Positions 26,918-35,959 of a stretch of 64,000 nucleotides of DNA are shown piece after piece (the stretch's first letter is position 1; each line of letters begins with the position of its first letter). The stretch spans positions 189,750-253,749 of the forward strand of contig JACROH010000001.1 of assembly GCA_016214545.1 (NCBI GenBank), read 5' to 3'. Source of the stretch: Candidatus Lloydbacteria bacterium (lineage in GTDB: Bacteria > Patescibacteriota > Minisyncoccia > Phycocordibacterales > 21-14-all-47-15). The notes below the pieces were generated by a model. It did not search any database. It was not told the DNA's origin and saw only the letters and a program-made list of their open reading frames with translations. The translations under genes were made by a program, and so were the position numbers.

Positions 26918-27562
26918 ATGCCAAGAAAAAACCATCAGCCTGATGATGATTTTGAAGATATCGAAGAATATTCGAAATTAGATGATGAAAAATTTGAAGC
27001 GGCTTTGTTGGGACGAAGGATTGCATTGTTGACCGGGAAGATTACGGAAGAAGGGGCGGGCAAGCTCAAGGGAGATTTGATTGGACTAAGTCTGCAATCT
27101 CCCGAAAAAGAAATAATCCTTTTCATCAATAGTCCGGGTGGAGATATGGACCCAGGGCTTGCCCTGTATGATCTCATAACCCTGTATTTGAAAGCGCCGG
27201 TGATTGGCGTTGTCGGCGCAGAGTGTGATTCAGCGGCTTTGTTTGTTCTTCAGGGGTGTTCAAAACGCATCGCGGCAACTCATAGCACCTTTTTGATTCA
27301 CCCAGTTAGAAATGAAGGCGCTCGCTTTGTCTATAATCCCAGTATGATTGATGACTTTATTATGGAAATCAGAGATAAACTCAAAGGGGCTTCTCAGATT
27401 TGCAATGACATCTTGAAAAAACATTCCAAGATGTCACTGGCGGAGATAAAACAACTTTCTTTCGCAAACCATGGAACAGGCACAACTCTTTCTGCGCCCG
27501 AAGCTCTCAAAAAAGGCCTTATCGACGAAATCGCAAAAGGCGACAAATACAAAATATTTTAA
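26918..27562 (+). CDS. Divergent ClpP-family (S14) protease-like protein B
   Basis: ILFINSPGGDMDPGLALYD, GAECDSAALFVL (Ser position), FLIHPV (His position), LSAPEALKKGLIDEI. Confidence 0.65.
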   Translation: MPRKNHQPDDDFEDIEEYSKLDDEKFEAALLGRRIALLTGKITEEGAGKLKGDLIGLSLQSPEKEIILFINSPGGDMDPGLALYDLITLYLKAPVIGVVGAECDSAALFVLQGCSKRIAATHSTFLIHPVRNEGARFVYNPSMIDDFIMEIRDKLKGASQICNDILKKHSKMSLAEIKQLSFANHGTGTTLSAPEALKKGLIDEIAKGDKYKIF

Positions 27563-27577
27563 TTCTTGATTTAAAAG

Positions 27578-27620
27578 ACGGCCCATTCGCTTTATGCGAA
27601 TGGGCCGTTTATTTGTTTTT
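27578..27620. terminator. Terminator between convergent ClpP-like B and the aaRS-like gene
   Basis: 13-bp stem ACGGCCCATTCGC / GCGAATGGGCCGT followed by a T-rich tract. Confidence 0.85.
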
Positions 27621-27626
27621 TATAGG

Positions 27627-28529
27627 TTATATATGTTCCGCCAAATGTCCCGCCAACTTGAGCGCCCGGATGAGGCGAGTCATGCCGATACCGCCGCCGC
27701 ATCGCGGGAAAAATTTGAACGAAAGGAATGCTTCCAATTCTTCTTCAACCCGCTGTTTGCCAAAGTGGGAAAAGAGAATATTCGCATACATGCCGTTGCT
27801 GATGGTATAAAATTGCCGCCGCATTTCCTCGGGATCTGCGCTCCGTTCCGCCGAGCCAATGGTCTCCATTCCGTACAAGATGACATCGATTTTGTTTGCG
27901 ACAACCCCGTCATTTTTCATGTTCCAAAACGGCGAGGTGTGCATGGGGAAGTGTTTCAAGAATATCGTTGGGCCGTATGTTTCCCACATGCGCGTTTCGT
28001 GTTCGGCTTTGAGTTCCGAAACGCCGTATCGTTGCGCCATATTGCGATAGTCTATTTCTATCATTGGCGAAGACGCTTCGTTTTCCGCGTGGCCAATATC
28101 AAGAAAAGCAACCAGCTCTTTTTCAAGCGTAAGCAGGGTATCCATGTCGCCCTTTAGCTCAAATTCAAACATCGGAAATGTGAGATCGTGGCGGCCGGGT
28201 ATCGGGTTTGGCTCTTGGCGAAAGCTGTAGCTGACGCAGTAAAAGCCAGGGGCTCCCGGGCTTCGCAACAGTTCGTATTCGAGCCACATTTGTCCCGTTT
28301 GAGCGAGCGGCCAGGGCAAACCTCCGTAGAGAACGGTTGCTATGGTACTCGGGTCTTCACAGGCGGCAAGAATGCTCAACCGATGCTGTGTCGGAACTTC
28401 TACAAATCCCTTTGCTCTGAAAAACTTGCGCAGTATTTCAACGGCAAAATCAAATTCTTTTGGCTCAACTAAATCGGAAACAGGCATCATTCTCCTCCGT
28501 GTCATTGTTGGCGATGACAAACTACTCAA
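27627..28529 (-). CDS. Stand-alone class II aminoacyl-tRNA-synthetase catalytic core (Asp/Asn/Lys subclass; AsnA-type asparagine synthetase or EpmA-like)
   Basis: Motif 2-like YCVSYSFRQEP, motif 3-like FPRCGGGIGMTRLIRAL, PFWNMK, DVILYGMETIGSAERS. No anticodon-binding OB domain (300 aa). Confidence 0.65.
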   Translation of the reverse strand: MSSLSSPTMTRRRMMPVSDLVEPKEFDFAVEILRKFFRAKGFVEVPTQHRLSILAACEDPSTIATVLYGGLPWPLAQTGQMWLEYELLRSPGAPGFYCVSYSFRQEPNPIPGRHDLTFPMFEFELKGDMDTLLTLEKELVAFLDIGHAENEASSPMIEIDYRNMAQRYGVSELKAEHETRMWETYGPTIFLKHFPMHTSPFWNMKNDGVVANKIDVILYGMETIGSAERSADPEEMRRQFYTISNGMYANILFSHFGKQRVEEELEAFLSFKFFPRCGGGIGMTRLIRALKLAGHLAEHI

Positions 28530-28606
28530 TATCTAAACCGGCAGTGTAGCATGGCTTTTTTAGGAGCGCAATTTTTTGCTTTTATCCGATATGTTACGAT
28601 AAATGC

Positions 28607-29221
28607 ATGGCGTCTAAAGAAAACAAAACGGAGCGTCTTCGGGCGATACGCGATGAGGTGTGGAATCTCGCCAATTCGCCGCTCTATAAATATCGGATAG
28701 AAAACAAATATTATCCGGTGCTTGGAGAGGGGAGCCACGACGCAAAAATCATGTTCATCGGCGAAGCGCCGGGGGAAAAAGAAGCGCTTTCAGGGAGGCC
28801 GTTTTGTGGTGCGGCGGGAAAAATGCTCGATACGCTTCTTGAAAGCATCGGGCTTTTACGTGCCGATGTGTATATTACCAATATCGTCAAAGACAGGCCC
28901 CCGGGCAATCGCGACCCATTCCCCGAAGAGATTGCTCTATATGCCCCCTTCTTAGACCGTCAAATAGAAATCATACGGCCGCGAATCATAGCGACGTTGG
29001 GCCGATATTCCATGCAGTATCTTTTTCCGCACCTTGACCTTGCTTCGGCACTAAAGCCGATTAGCGCTCTGCACGGGGCGTCTTTTGAGGGGAAAACTTC
29101 ATACGGTAGCGTAACTTTAATTCCGCTCTATCACCCTGCCGTTGCTCTCTACAACGGCAGCATGCGGGAGACGCTCAAAGAAGATTTTAAAGTGATACAA
29201 AAAACACTTTCATCTCATTGA
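28607..29221 (+). CDS. Uracil-DNA glycosylase, family 4
   Basis: GEGSHDAKIMFIGEAPGEKEALSGRPFCGAAGKML and LYHPAVAL. Confidence 0.85.
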   Translation: MASKENKTERLRAIRDEVWNLANSPLYKYRIENKYYPVLGEGSHDAKIMFIGEAPGEKEALSGRPFCGAAGKMLDTLLESIGLLRADVYITNIVKDRPPGNRDPFPEEIALYAPFLDRQIEIIRPRIIATLGRYSMQYLFPHLDLASALKPISALHGASFEGKTSYGSVTLIPLYHPAVALYNGSMRETLKEDFKVIQKTLSSH

Positions 29222-29232
29222 ACAGGCTCTAA

Positions 29233-30054
29233 TCATTCGTGAACAACAAGCAATGATTTTTTTCGTGCAAGGAGCCGGTCTTTTTTGAGGGAGGCAATCG
29301 CGAGCTTCGCGTTGGCGCGTCGTGAAATATCAAATGAAGCGAGCAGGGCGGCTTCTCTCGTGGGGCGAGCTGAAATCATTTTCAGAATCAAACCGCGCAT
29401 TTGGCGGACAGAACCTAGAAACCGCGATTGTTTTGTGTGCCCGGCACTTTTACGCGAGGGGTTTGGTATGTGCTGTTTAAGCCGCGCGCCATAATCCATG
29501 AGCGACGCATACCATAGGCGCGGGTGTTTGGCATCCAGCGTTTTTTTAATGAGCGGGAGAATTTCTTTATCACGCACGCCTTCTTTTCGATGCTTGAAAA
29601 AATGATGTATGAATACGGCGCGGATGTTTGTTTCAATACAAATGGCGGGCTTGTTATACGCAAATGCAAGAATGGCCGCCGCGGTGTATGCCCCGATACC
29701 GGGAAGATTCACGAGCTCGTCCAAAGAGCGGGGGATAGCGCCCCCGTATCTTTGCGCAATTATTTTTGAAGCGTCGTGGAGAAAGCGCGTCCGTCGGTTA
29801 TATCCGAGCCCTTGCCAGAGGCGAAGCACTTCGGGGAAAGGAGCGCGGGCGAGCACTCTGCATGAAGGAAATTTTTTTATGAACACGCGATAAAATGACG
29901 CCGCGCGCGGCGCTTGCGTCTGCTGGAGCATGTATTCGGAAACTAAAATATGATAGGGAGTCGCCGCCCTATTGCGCCAAGGAAAAGACCGCCCTGCTTT
30001 GGCGCTCTCACGATACACTAATTTTTGAAAAGCGCGCACGTGCCGGCGTTGCAT
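29233..30054 (-). CDS. HhH-GPD DNA glycosylase, MutY-like, without Fe-S cluster cysteines
   Basis: LVSEYMLQQTQ, LPGIGAYTAAAILAFAY. No Cys after LMDYGA where the 4-Cys loop normally sits. Confidence 0.7.
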   Translation of the reverse strand: MQRRHVRAFQKLVYRESAKAGRSFPWRNRAATPYHILVSEYMLQQTQAPRAASFYRVFIKKFPSCRVLARAPFPEVLRLWQGLGYNRRTRFLHDASKIIAQRYGGAIPRSLDELVNLPGIGAYTAAAILAFAYNKPAICIETNIRAVFIHHFFKHRKEGVRDKEILPLIKKTLDAKHPRLWYASLMDYGARLKQHIPNPSRKSAGHTKQSRFLGSVRQMRGLILKMISARPTREAALLASFDISRRANAKLAIASLKKDRLLARKKSLLVVHE

Positions 30055-30129
30055 AGTGTCTGTACTATATCAAAAATATTTTTTCAAACAAAAACCCCCG
30101 ACGTGATGTCGGGGGTTTTTTGCAGTCTA

Positions 30130-30693
30130 TTACTGAATTGCGTTGTAGAAAACGAAATGAGGTTTTGGCGTTTCAAGATAGGCTATGTTTTGATAAGGGT
30201 TTTCTTCACGCGCCCATTCGGGGGTGGCGTCTGTCAACGCCGGAGAATAGAAATGCCGGACTGTTTTGGGAAATGGCCGCCCCGATTCGTCTGCCGTATA
30301 GACTTCTTTTGCTACCGCAAGTGCCAAGCGCCAATCTTTATTTTTCGTGTCGTCGTATCCCAGAGAACGGTTGTTTTTATATTGAGGGCTTGATATGTGC
30401 AGGCCGGAAAATTGCTTCTCGCTCGTCAGCACTTCTTGATAGGTTGTCCCGCGGTATTTTGTCTCAACGCGATTGCGAATGACCCATGCGATAAGGCGCA
30501 TTTCTTCTTCGTTTTTTGTTTCCGAGTAGACACCGCGCGCGAGCCAGAGGATTTCTTGTTCCTCAAACGGACTCGCCTTTGGCGTCTCTTGTTTGGCGTC
30601 ATCCACGGCCGTTTGCGCAGGGAACATGCTGATGCTCAGTGTTCCGTTTGTGATGATATTACCGAGAAAAAATAAGCCAATGATACTGCCCAT
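30130..30693 (-). CDS. SleB-like cell-wall hydrolase (Hydrolase_2 family), N-terminal anchor
   Basis: LARGVYSETKNEEEMRLIAWVIRNRVE...YQEVLTSEKQFSG. Confidence 0.7.
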   Translation of the reverse strand: MGSIIGLFFLGNIITNGTLSISMFPAQTAVDDAKQETPKASPFEEQEILWLARGVYSETKNEEEMRLIAWVIRNRVETKYRGTTYQEVLTSEKQFSGLHISSPQYKNNRSLGYDDTKNKDWRLALAVAKEVYTADESGRPFPKTVRHFYSPALTDATPEWAREENPYQNIAYLETPKPHFVFYNAIQ

Positions 30694-30888
30694 AAGTGAT
30701 ATATTTTCAGTGATTAAAAAAACGGCTCTCTTTAGCCGTACAATGCAACTTTAGCACGTTTAGTCATTTTTGTCAATCCTTTCATAAAAAATCAAATAAG
30801 GGGACTCGAGTACCAAAAGACATAAAAAAATAGCCCCACGTTGCTTAAAAAGCAAAATGAGGGCTATTTTATACGTCAAAAAGTCTAC

Positions 30889-31089
30889 TTAGGCGCGCGA
30901 CACATTTACTGCGTGCATGCCTTTGTGGCTTTCGGCGATTTCAAAGGAAACCGTGTCTCCTTCTTTGAGTTCGTCGTACCTGACATCGCGGAGTTCGTTT
31001 GCATGGAAGAAAAGGTCTTTTGACTCTCCTTCGCGTGAAATGAATCCGTAGCCTTTGTCTGTCAGTCTGGCGATAGTGCCCTGTTGCAT
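30889..31089 (-). CDS. Cold-shock domain protein (66 aa)
   Basis: GTIARLTDKGYGFISREGESKDLFFH (RNP1/RNP2). ATG 31089 is preferred. Confidence 0.9.
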   Translation of the reverse strand: MQQGTIARLTDKGYGFISREGESKDLFFHANELRDVRYDELKEGDTVSFEIAESHKGMHAVNVSRA

Positions 31090-31192
31090 AACAAAACTAT
31101 AGATAAAAATTGAGTAATTATTCAAAACTCGGTCTCTAGCGAATAAAACTCAACTCCCATTCTATCTCTAGCCCTGCCGTTTTGATACGAGC

Positions 31193-31221
31193 ATAGTACT
31201 ATCAACTCTTTTTTTCGTCAA
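31193..31221 (-). promoter_or_regulatory. Promoter of the cold-shock gene (long 5' UTR)
   Basis: Minus strand TTGACG, 17-nt spacer, TACTAT. About 100-nt leader. Confidence 0.55.
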
Positions 31222-31245
31222 CAAATAAGCCCTGCTCTGATATGC

Positions 31246-31268
31246 ACTTAGTGGTTGAGCCACTAAGT
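31246..31268 (-). repeat. Conserved hairpin ACTTAGTGG-YTCAA-CCACTAAGT, copy 1 (directly after the typA stop)
   Basis: 9-bp perfect stem. Same core and loop as 52072-52100, in the same orientation relative to the upstream gene. No U-tract. Confidence 0.8.
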
Positions 31269-31270
31269 AG

Positions 31271-33067
31271 TTATTCCTTGCGGCGCGCTTTGGCGCGGTC
31301 GTTTTCGGTGAGGAATTTTTTTCGAAGACGTACGCTTTTGGGGGTGACTTCCAGATATTCGTCGTCCGCCATAACCTCAAGCCCGCTTTCAATGGAGAGG
31401 ATATGCGGCGGGACGAGCCGGATGGCTTCGTCGGAGCCGGACGCACGCATGTTGGTGAGCTGTTTGCCTTTAAGCGGATTGACCGTGAGCTCGTCGCCCT
31501 TGGTCGTATTGCCGATGATCATGCCTTCATAGACTTCGGTATTTTCTTTTATGTAAAGCGTGCCGCGGTTTTGGAGATTGTCCAAAGCGAATGCCACGGC
31601 TTTTCCGGTCGCTTGTGAAATCATTGAGCCGGTTTCGCGATGGGCGATTTCTCCGGCGTATGGACGATAGCCCACGGTGCGCGTCGCGAGTATTCCTTCG
31701 CCTTTTGTGTCTATGATAAAAATATTTCTGTAGCCGAAAAGACCTCGGCTCGGACCCTCGAAGGAGAGGAGAATCCGCTTTTCGTGCATGTGCGTTTTTT
31801 GCATCATGGCTCCCCGTGCGCTTAATTTTTCAATGACGATGCCCTGCAATTCGCTCGGCACGTCAACCACGATTTCTTCAAACGGCTCTTGTCGTACGCC
31901 GTCTATCGTCTTCATGATGACGTGCGGCTGGGAAACCTGGAGCTCGTATCCTTCGCGGCGCATATTTTCTATAAGAATGGCGATGTGGAGCTCCCCGCGT
32001 CCGTAGACGGTGAATTGCTCTCCGCCTCCGCTTGCCGAATCAAAATCAACTTTAAGACCGACGTTGACCTCAAGCTCTTTTTCAAGTCGTTCGCGAATCT
32101 GGCGGCTTGTGACAAATTTGCCTTCACGCCCGGCAAAGGGGGAATTATTTACCAAAAAGGTGAGTTCAATAGTCGGTTCGTCTATGGCGATAGCCTCAAG
32201 GTGTTCTCCTTCGGGGGCATCGGCAATTGTGTCGCCGATGTAGGCATCGGGAAGCCCCGCGATGATGGCGATATCGCCTGCGGTTATCGCTTCGGCATCT
32301 ACGCGTGAAATGCCCGAAAAGGTAAAGAGTTTGGTGATTTTTCCTTTTATTACTTGGCCGGATGGTTTTTTGACGTACGCGGTGGCGCCTTGTGCGAGCG
32401 TGCCGCTATATACGCGCACGATGGCAAGCCGCCCCAAGAAATTGTCGTATGCCAAGTTAAACGGCTGGGCGCGGAAAGGCTCGTTTTCTTTTCCCGAAGC
32501 GACCGGCACGTGGCTCAAAACCATATCCAAAAGGGGAGTGATGTCTTTTGAGTCGTCCGAAAGATTTTTTTTCGCGATGCCGTCGCGTCCGATGGCGTAT
32601 ATTACCGGAAAATCAAGCTGTTCGTTGGTGGCGCCCAATTCAGAAAAAAGCTCGAAGACTTGGTCGTGCACGTGGTCGGGGTTTGAAGCGGGCTTATCAA
32701 TTTTATTGATAACCAAAATCGGGCGCAATCCGAGCGCCAATGATTTTTTGAGCACAAATCGTGTCTGAGGCATGGGGCCTTCCTGCGCGTCCACCACGAG
32801 AAGCACGCAATCAATGGAGCGGAGCACGCGCTCTACTTCAGAGCCGAAATCGGCGTGTCCGGGCGTGTCCACGATATTTATTTTTGTCCCTTTATAGATG
32901 ATTGACGCATTTTTTGAGTAAATGGTAATACCGCGCTCTTTTTCAAGCGCGTTGCTGTCCATGCTAATGCCGGTATCTACCGCATGCGTTTGCGAAAGAA
33001 TCGCATCGGTGAGCGTCGTTTTCCCATGGTCTACGTGGGCGATAATGGCGATGTTTCTGATTTCCAT
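31271..33067 (-). CDS. typA: Translational GTPase TypA/BipA
   Basis: [36 protein letters not shown]. Confidence 0.93.
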   Translation of the reverse strand: MEIRNIAIIAHVDHGKTTLTDAILSQTHAVDTGISMDSNALEKERGITIYSKNASIIYKGTKINIVDTPGHADFGSEVERVLRSIDCVLLVVDAQEGPMPQTRFVLKKSLALGLRPILVINKIDKPASNPDHVHDQVFELFSELGATNEQLDFPVIYAIGRDGIAKKNLSDDSKDITPLLDMVLSHVPVASGKENEPFRAQPFNLAYDNFLGRLAIVRVYSGTLAQGATAYVKKPSGQVIKGKITKLFTFSGISRVDAEAITAGDIAIIAGLPDAYIGDTIADAPEGEHLEAIAIDEPTIELTFLVNNSPFAGREGKFVTSRQIRERLEKELEVNVGLKVDFDSASGGGEQFTVYGRGELHIAILIENMRREGYELQVSQPHVIMKTIDGVRQEPFEEIVVDVPSELQGIVIEKLSARGAMMQKTHMHEKRILLSFEGPSRGLFGYRNIFIIDTKGEGILATRTVGYRPYAGEIAHRETGSMISQATGKAVAFALDNLQNRGTLYIKENTEVYEGMIIGNTTKGDELTVNPLKGKQLTNMRASGSDEAIRLVPPHILSIESGLEVMADDEYLEVTPKSVRLRKKFLTENDRAKARRKE

Positions 33068-33275
33068 AAAGAGATTTTTGTACGCGCGCTTTCTTGAAAG
33101 AAAAAATCTCCATGCGCGGAGATTCGAGCGAGTAAACCATATAATACCATACCGAAACGAAAAAGTATAGTATTTAGCCGCTGCGCCCTAAAAGACATTG
33201 CTTTTATGGTGGCCGAGGAGTAGTTTGACAGCAGTTCTTTCTTTGAAAATTAAAGCTTCAAAAAGAGAGGTGTCT

Positions 33276-34250
33276 ATGGTCAAAGCATTTTTTCTGAGTA
33301 AAAAATGGGCATTTTGGGCATACGGCGGCGGCTTATTTTTGCTCCTGTCTCTTTATGCGCAAGTGCACATGTCGGTGCTGATAAATGATTGGTATGGCGG
33401 TTTCTACGATATGCTGCAAAAAGCAACCGAACATTCCTTATCGGAATTTTGGAAAAGCATTTTGCGGTTTCTTTCTATCGCGATGCCCTATGTGCTCCTT
33501 GCGACCATCACCGCTTTTTTTACCCGCCTGTATTCGCTGCGTTGGCGCGAGGCGATTACGTTTGATTACATTCCGCGTTGGCGGAACGTCTCAAAAGAAA
33601 TTGAAGGAGCAAGTCAGCGTATCCAAGAAGATACGTACCGGTTTGCGCGAATTGTTGAATCGCTCGGATTGCAGGTGGTACGCGCGCTGATGACGCTTAT
33701 CGCTTTTCTTCCCGTGCTGTGGAAATTGGGTCACGGAGTTCTATTGCCGGTCATTGGCAATATTCCCGGTTCGCTCGTTTGGGCGGCGCTTATTGTGAGT
33801 ATTGGAGGGATGGCCATTTCTTGGTTTGTGGGCATCCAATTGCCGGGGCTTGAATACAACAATCAAAAAGTTGAAGCGGCGTTTCGAAAAGAATTGGTGT
33901 ACGGGGAAGACAACAAAATCGACCACGCCTCGTTGCCGACACTTACCGATTTGTTTGCCGGAATTCGATTTAATTACCAGCGGCTCTTTTTGCATTACGG
34001 ATATTTTGATATTTGGCTCAATACCTATGACCAGTGTATTGTCATTGTGCCGTATCTCATTATGGCGCCGCAGTTATTTACCGGCGCTATCACGCTTGGA
34101 GTGTTGGTTCAGGTATCAAATGCTTTTTCTCAAGTGCATGGGAGTCTCGCGTTGTTTATCCATAACTGGACGACTATCACCGAATTGCGGAGTATCTGGA
34201 GGCGGTTGCATGAATTTGAACATAATCTAGACGAAGCTTTTTCGTCTTAA
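33276..34250 (+). CDS. SbmA/BacA-family membrane transporter
   Basis: EIEGASQRIQEDTYRFARIVESLGLQVVRALMTLIAFLPVLW plus multiple TM segments. ATG 33276 has an AGAGAGG RBS. Confidence 0.7.
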   Translation: MVKAFFLSKKWAFWAYGGGLFLLLSLYAQVHMSVLINDWYGGFYDMLQKATEHSLSEFWKSILRFLSIAMPYVLLATITAFFTRLYSLRWREAITFDYIPRWRNVSKEIEGASQRIQEDTYRFARIVESLGLQVVRALMTLIAFLPVLWKLGHGVLLPVIGNIPGSLVWAALIVSIGGMAISWFVGIQLPGLEYNNQKVEAAFRKELVYGEDNKIDHASLPTLTDLFAGIRFNYQRLFLHYGYFDIWLNTYDQCIVIVPYLIMAPQLFTGAITLGVLVQVSNAFSQVHGSLALFIHNWTTITELRSIWRRLHEFEHNLDEAFSS

Positions 34251-34280
34251 TCCACAACAACAGGAAAGGAGAGGTGGCCT

Positions 34281-35522
34281 ATGAAATCACATGTGGAAGA
34301 ATTTCTGGATTCAATTAACGATGAACTGAAACTTTCTCCGTCAGAAAAAGAGCTTTTGATGCATCCGGTACGGAGTATCATTTTCCCCATATCGGTGCGG
34401 ATGGATTCCGGAGAAATAAAAATATTTGAAGCCTATCGGGTACAGCATAATAACGCCCTAGGTCCGACCAAAGGAGGCATCCGCTTCCATGAGGAGGTTA
34501 CCCTGGAAGAAGTGAACACTCTCGCATTTCTGATGAGTTTAAAAACTTCTTTGTCGGGGCTGCCTTTCGGAGGGGCAAAAGGGGGAGTGAAAGTTGACCC
34601 GAAAAAACTCTCAAAGGGGGAGCTTGAAAGATTGAGCCGAGGATATGTGCGCGGGTTGTATCCAAATCTCGGGCCGCACAAAGATATTCCGGCTCCGGAC
34701 GTGAACACAACGCCTGAAATAATGGGGTGGATGCTTGACGAGTACGAGACTCTTTTGGGAGAGAGCGCTCCGGCTGTTATTACCGGCAAGCCCTTGGCTC
34801 TGGGAGGATCGCGCGGGCGCGACGTGGCGACGGCTCTCGGTGGCGTGTATGTTCTGGAGCGCATGATTACATTGCGAAATGAAAAATGGCTCCAGGACAT
34901 GACGGTTGTTATCCAAGGATTTGGAAACGCAGGGCTCAACGCAGCCGAAATTCTTTCAAAGAAGGGGTCCAGAATTATTGCCGTGAGCGATTCAAGCGGC
35001 GCGATTGTTGAAAAAGAATATGGGCTTCCCGTATCCGTGCTTATTGCAGGGAAAAAGGCGGGCAAATCGGTAACAGAAATGTTATCGCATGGGTCATTAA
35101 GAAACGCTCAAAAAATAAGCAACGAAGAGCTTCTTAAAATCCCTTGTGACGTGCTTGTTTTGGCGGCACTCGGGGGACAAGTTACGATGCAGAATGTGTC
35201 GCAGGTTAAAGCCCGTATCATTTTAGAGCTTGCAAATGCTCCGATTACTGCCGAAGCGGATACGTTTTTATACAAAAATGATATATACGTTATTCCGGAT
35301 ATCCTGGCAAATGCGGGCGGCGTCATTGTGAGTTATTTCGAGTGGGTCCAGAATCTCTACGGCTACAGCTGGACGAAAGACGAAGTTTTTTTGAAATTGC
35401 AAAAACAAACGACAGAAGTCGTGGGTGGCATATACGAGAAAGGAAAGAATTTACGCGTATGCGCCTATGTCAAAGCGTTGAAGAGAATTTTAGAGGCTGA
35501 ACAAATGCGCGGAAGATTGTAA
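34281..35522 (+). CDS. gdhA: Glutamate dehydrogenase
   Basis: GPTKGGIRFH, LPFGGAKGG, VIQGFGNAG. Confidence 0.92.
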   Translation: MKSHVEEFLDSINDELKLSPSEKELLMHPVRSIIFPISVRMDSGEIKIFEAYRVQHNNALGPTKGGIRFHEEVTLEEVNTLAFLMSLKTSLSGLPFGGAKGGVKVDPKKLSKGELERLSRGYVRGLYPNLGPHKDIPAPDVNTTPEIMGWMLDEYETLLGESAPAVITGKPLALGGSRGRDVATALGGVYVLERMITLRNEKWLQDMTVVIQGFGNAGLNAAEILSKKGSRIIAVSDSSGAIVEKEYGLPVSVLIAGKKAGKSVTEMLSHGSLRNAQKISNEELLKIPCDVLVLAALGGQVTMQNVSQVKARIILELANAPITAEADTFLYKNDIYVIPDILANAGGVIVSYFEWVQNLYGYSWTKDEVFLKLQKQTTEVVGGIYEKGKNLRVCAYVKALKRILEAEQMRGRL

Positions 35523-35534
35523 TCTTCCGCGAAA

Positions 35535-35573
35535 GGTCTCGGTAGTTATGCTATCGGGGCCTTTTTCTTTTTT
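35535..35573 (+). terminator. Intrinsic terminator after gdhA
   Basis: GGTCTCGGTAG-TTATG-CTATCGGGGCC followed by TTTTTCTTTTTT. Confidence 0.7.
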
Positions 35574-35593
35574 CTTTGTCAATCGGGCAAAAC

Positions 35594-35626
35594 AAAAACC
35601 CCGCGACATAACGTCGCGGGGTTTTT
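35594..35626. terminator. Bidirectional terminator (serves the downstream cold-shock gene on the minus strand)
   Basis: A-run, CCCCGCGAC-ATAAC-GTCGCGGGG, T-run. Confidence 0.85.
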
Positions 35627-35632
35627 GTTTTG

Positions 35633-35833
35633 TTAGATTCGTTGTACGTTTGTTGCGCTTGGGCCTTTCGGTCCCTGAGTAACTTCAAAAGTTACTTTGT
35701 CGCCTTCCTGAAGTTCGTTGAATTGCACGCCTGAGAGCCCGCTTGAATGGAAGAAAAGGTCTTTTTCTTCGCCTTCACGAGCAATGAAGCCGAATCCACG
35801 GTCAGTAAGCCGCGCGATTGTTCCTTGATTCAT
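35633..35833 (-). CDS. Cold-shock domain protein (66 aa), second copy
   Basis: GTIARLTDRGFGFIAREGEEKDLFFH. Confidence 0.9.
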   Translation of the reverse strand: MNQGTIARLTDRGFGFIAREGEEKDLFFHSSGLSGVQFNELQEGDKVTFEVTQGPKGPSATNVQRI

Positions 35834-35930
35834 TTCGTTGTAAGAAACTTATTCGAGTAAATATTCAAAACAAAATACTGTATGAAAAAACCCGACTTCG
35901 TTTCTCTTACAGCTCTGATTTGATGTGGCA

Positions 35931-35959
35931 AGTATACTATAACCAGTTAAAAATGTCAA
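35931..35959 (-). promoter_or_regulatory. Promoter of the second cold-shock gene
   Basis: Minus strand TTGACA, 17-nt spacer, TATACT. About 95-nt leader. Confidence 0.65.
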
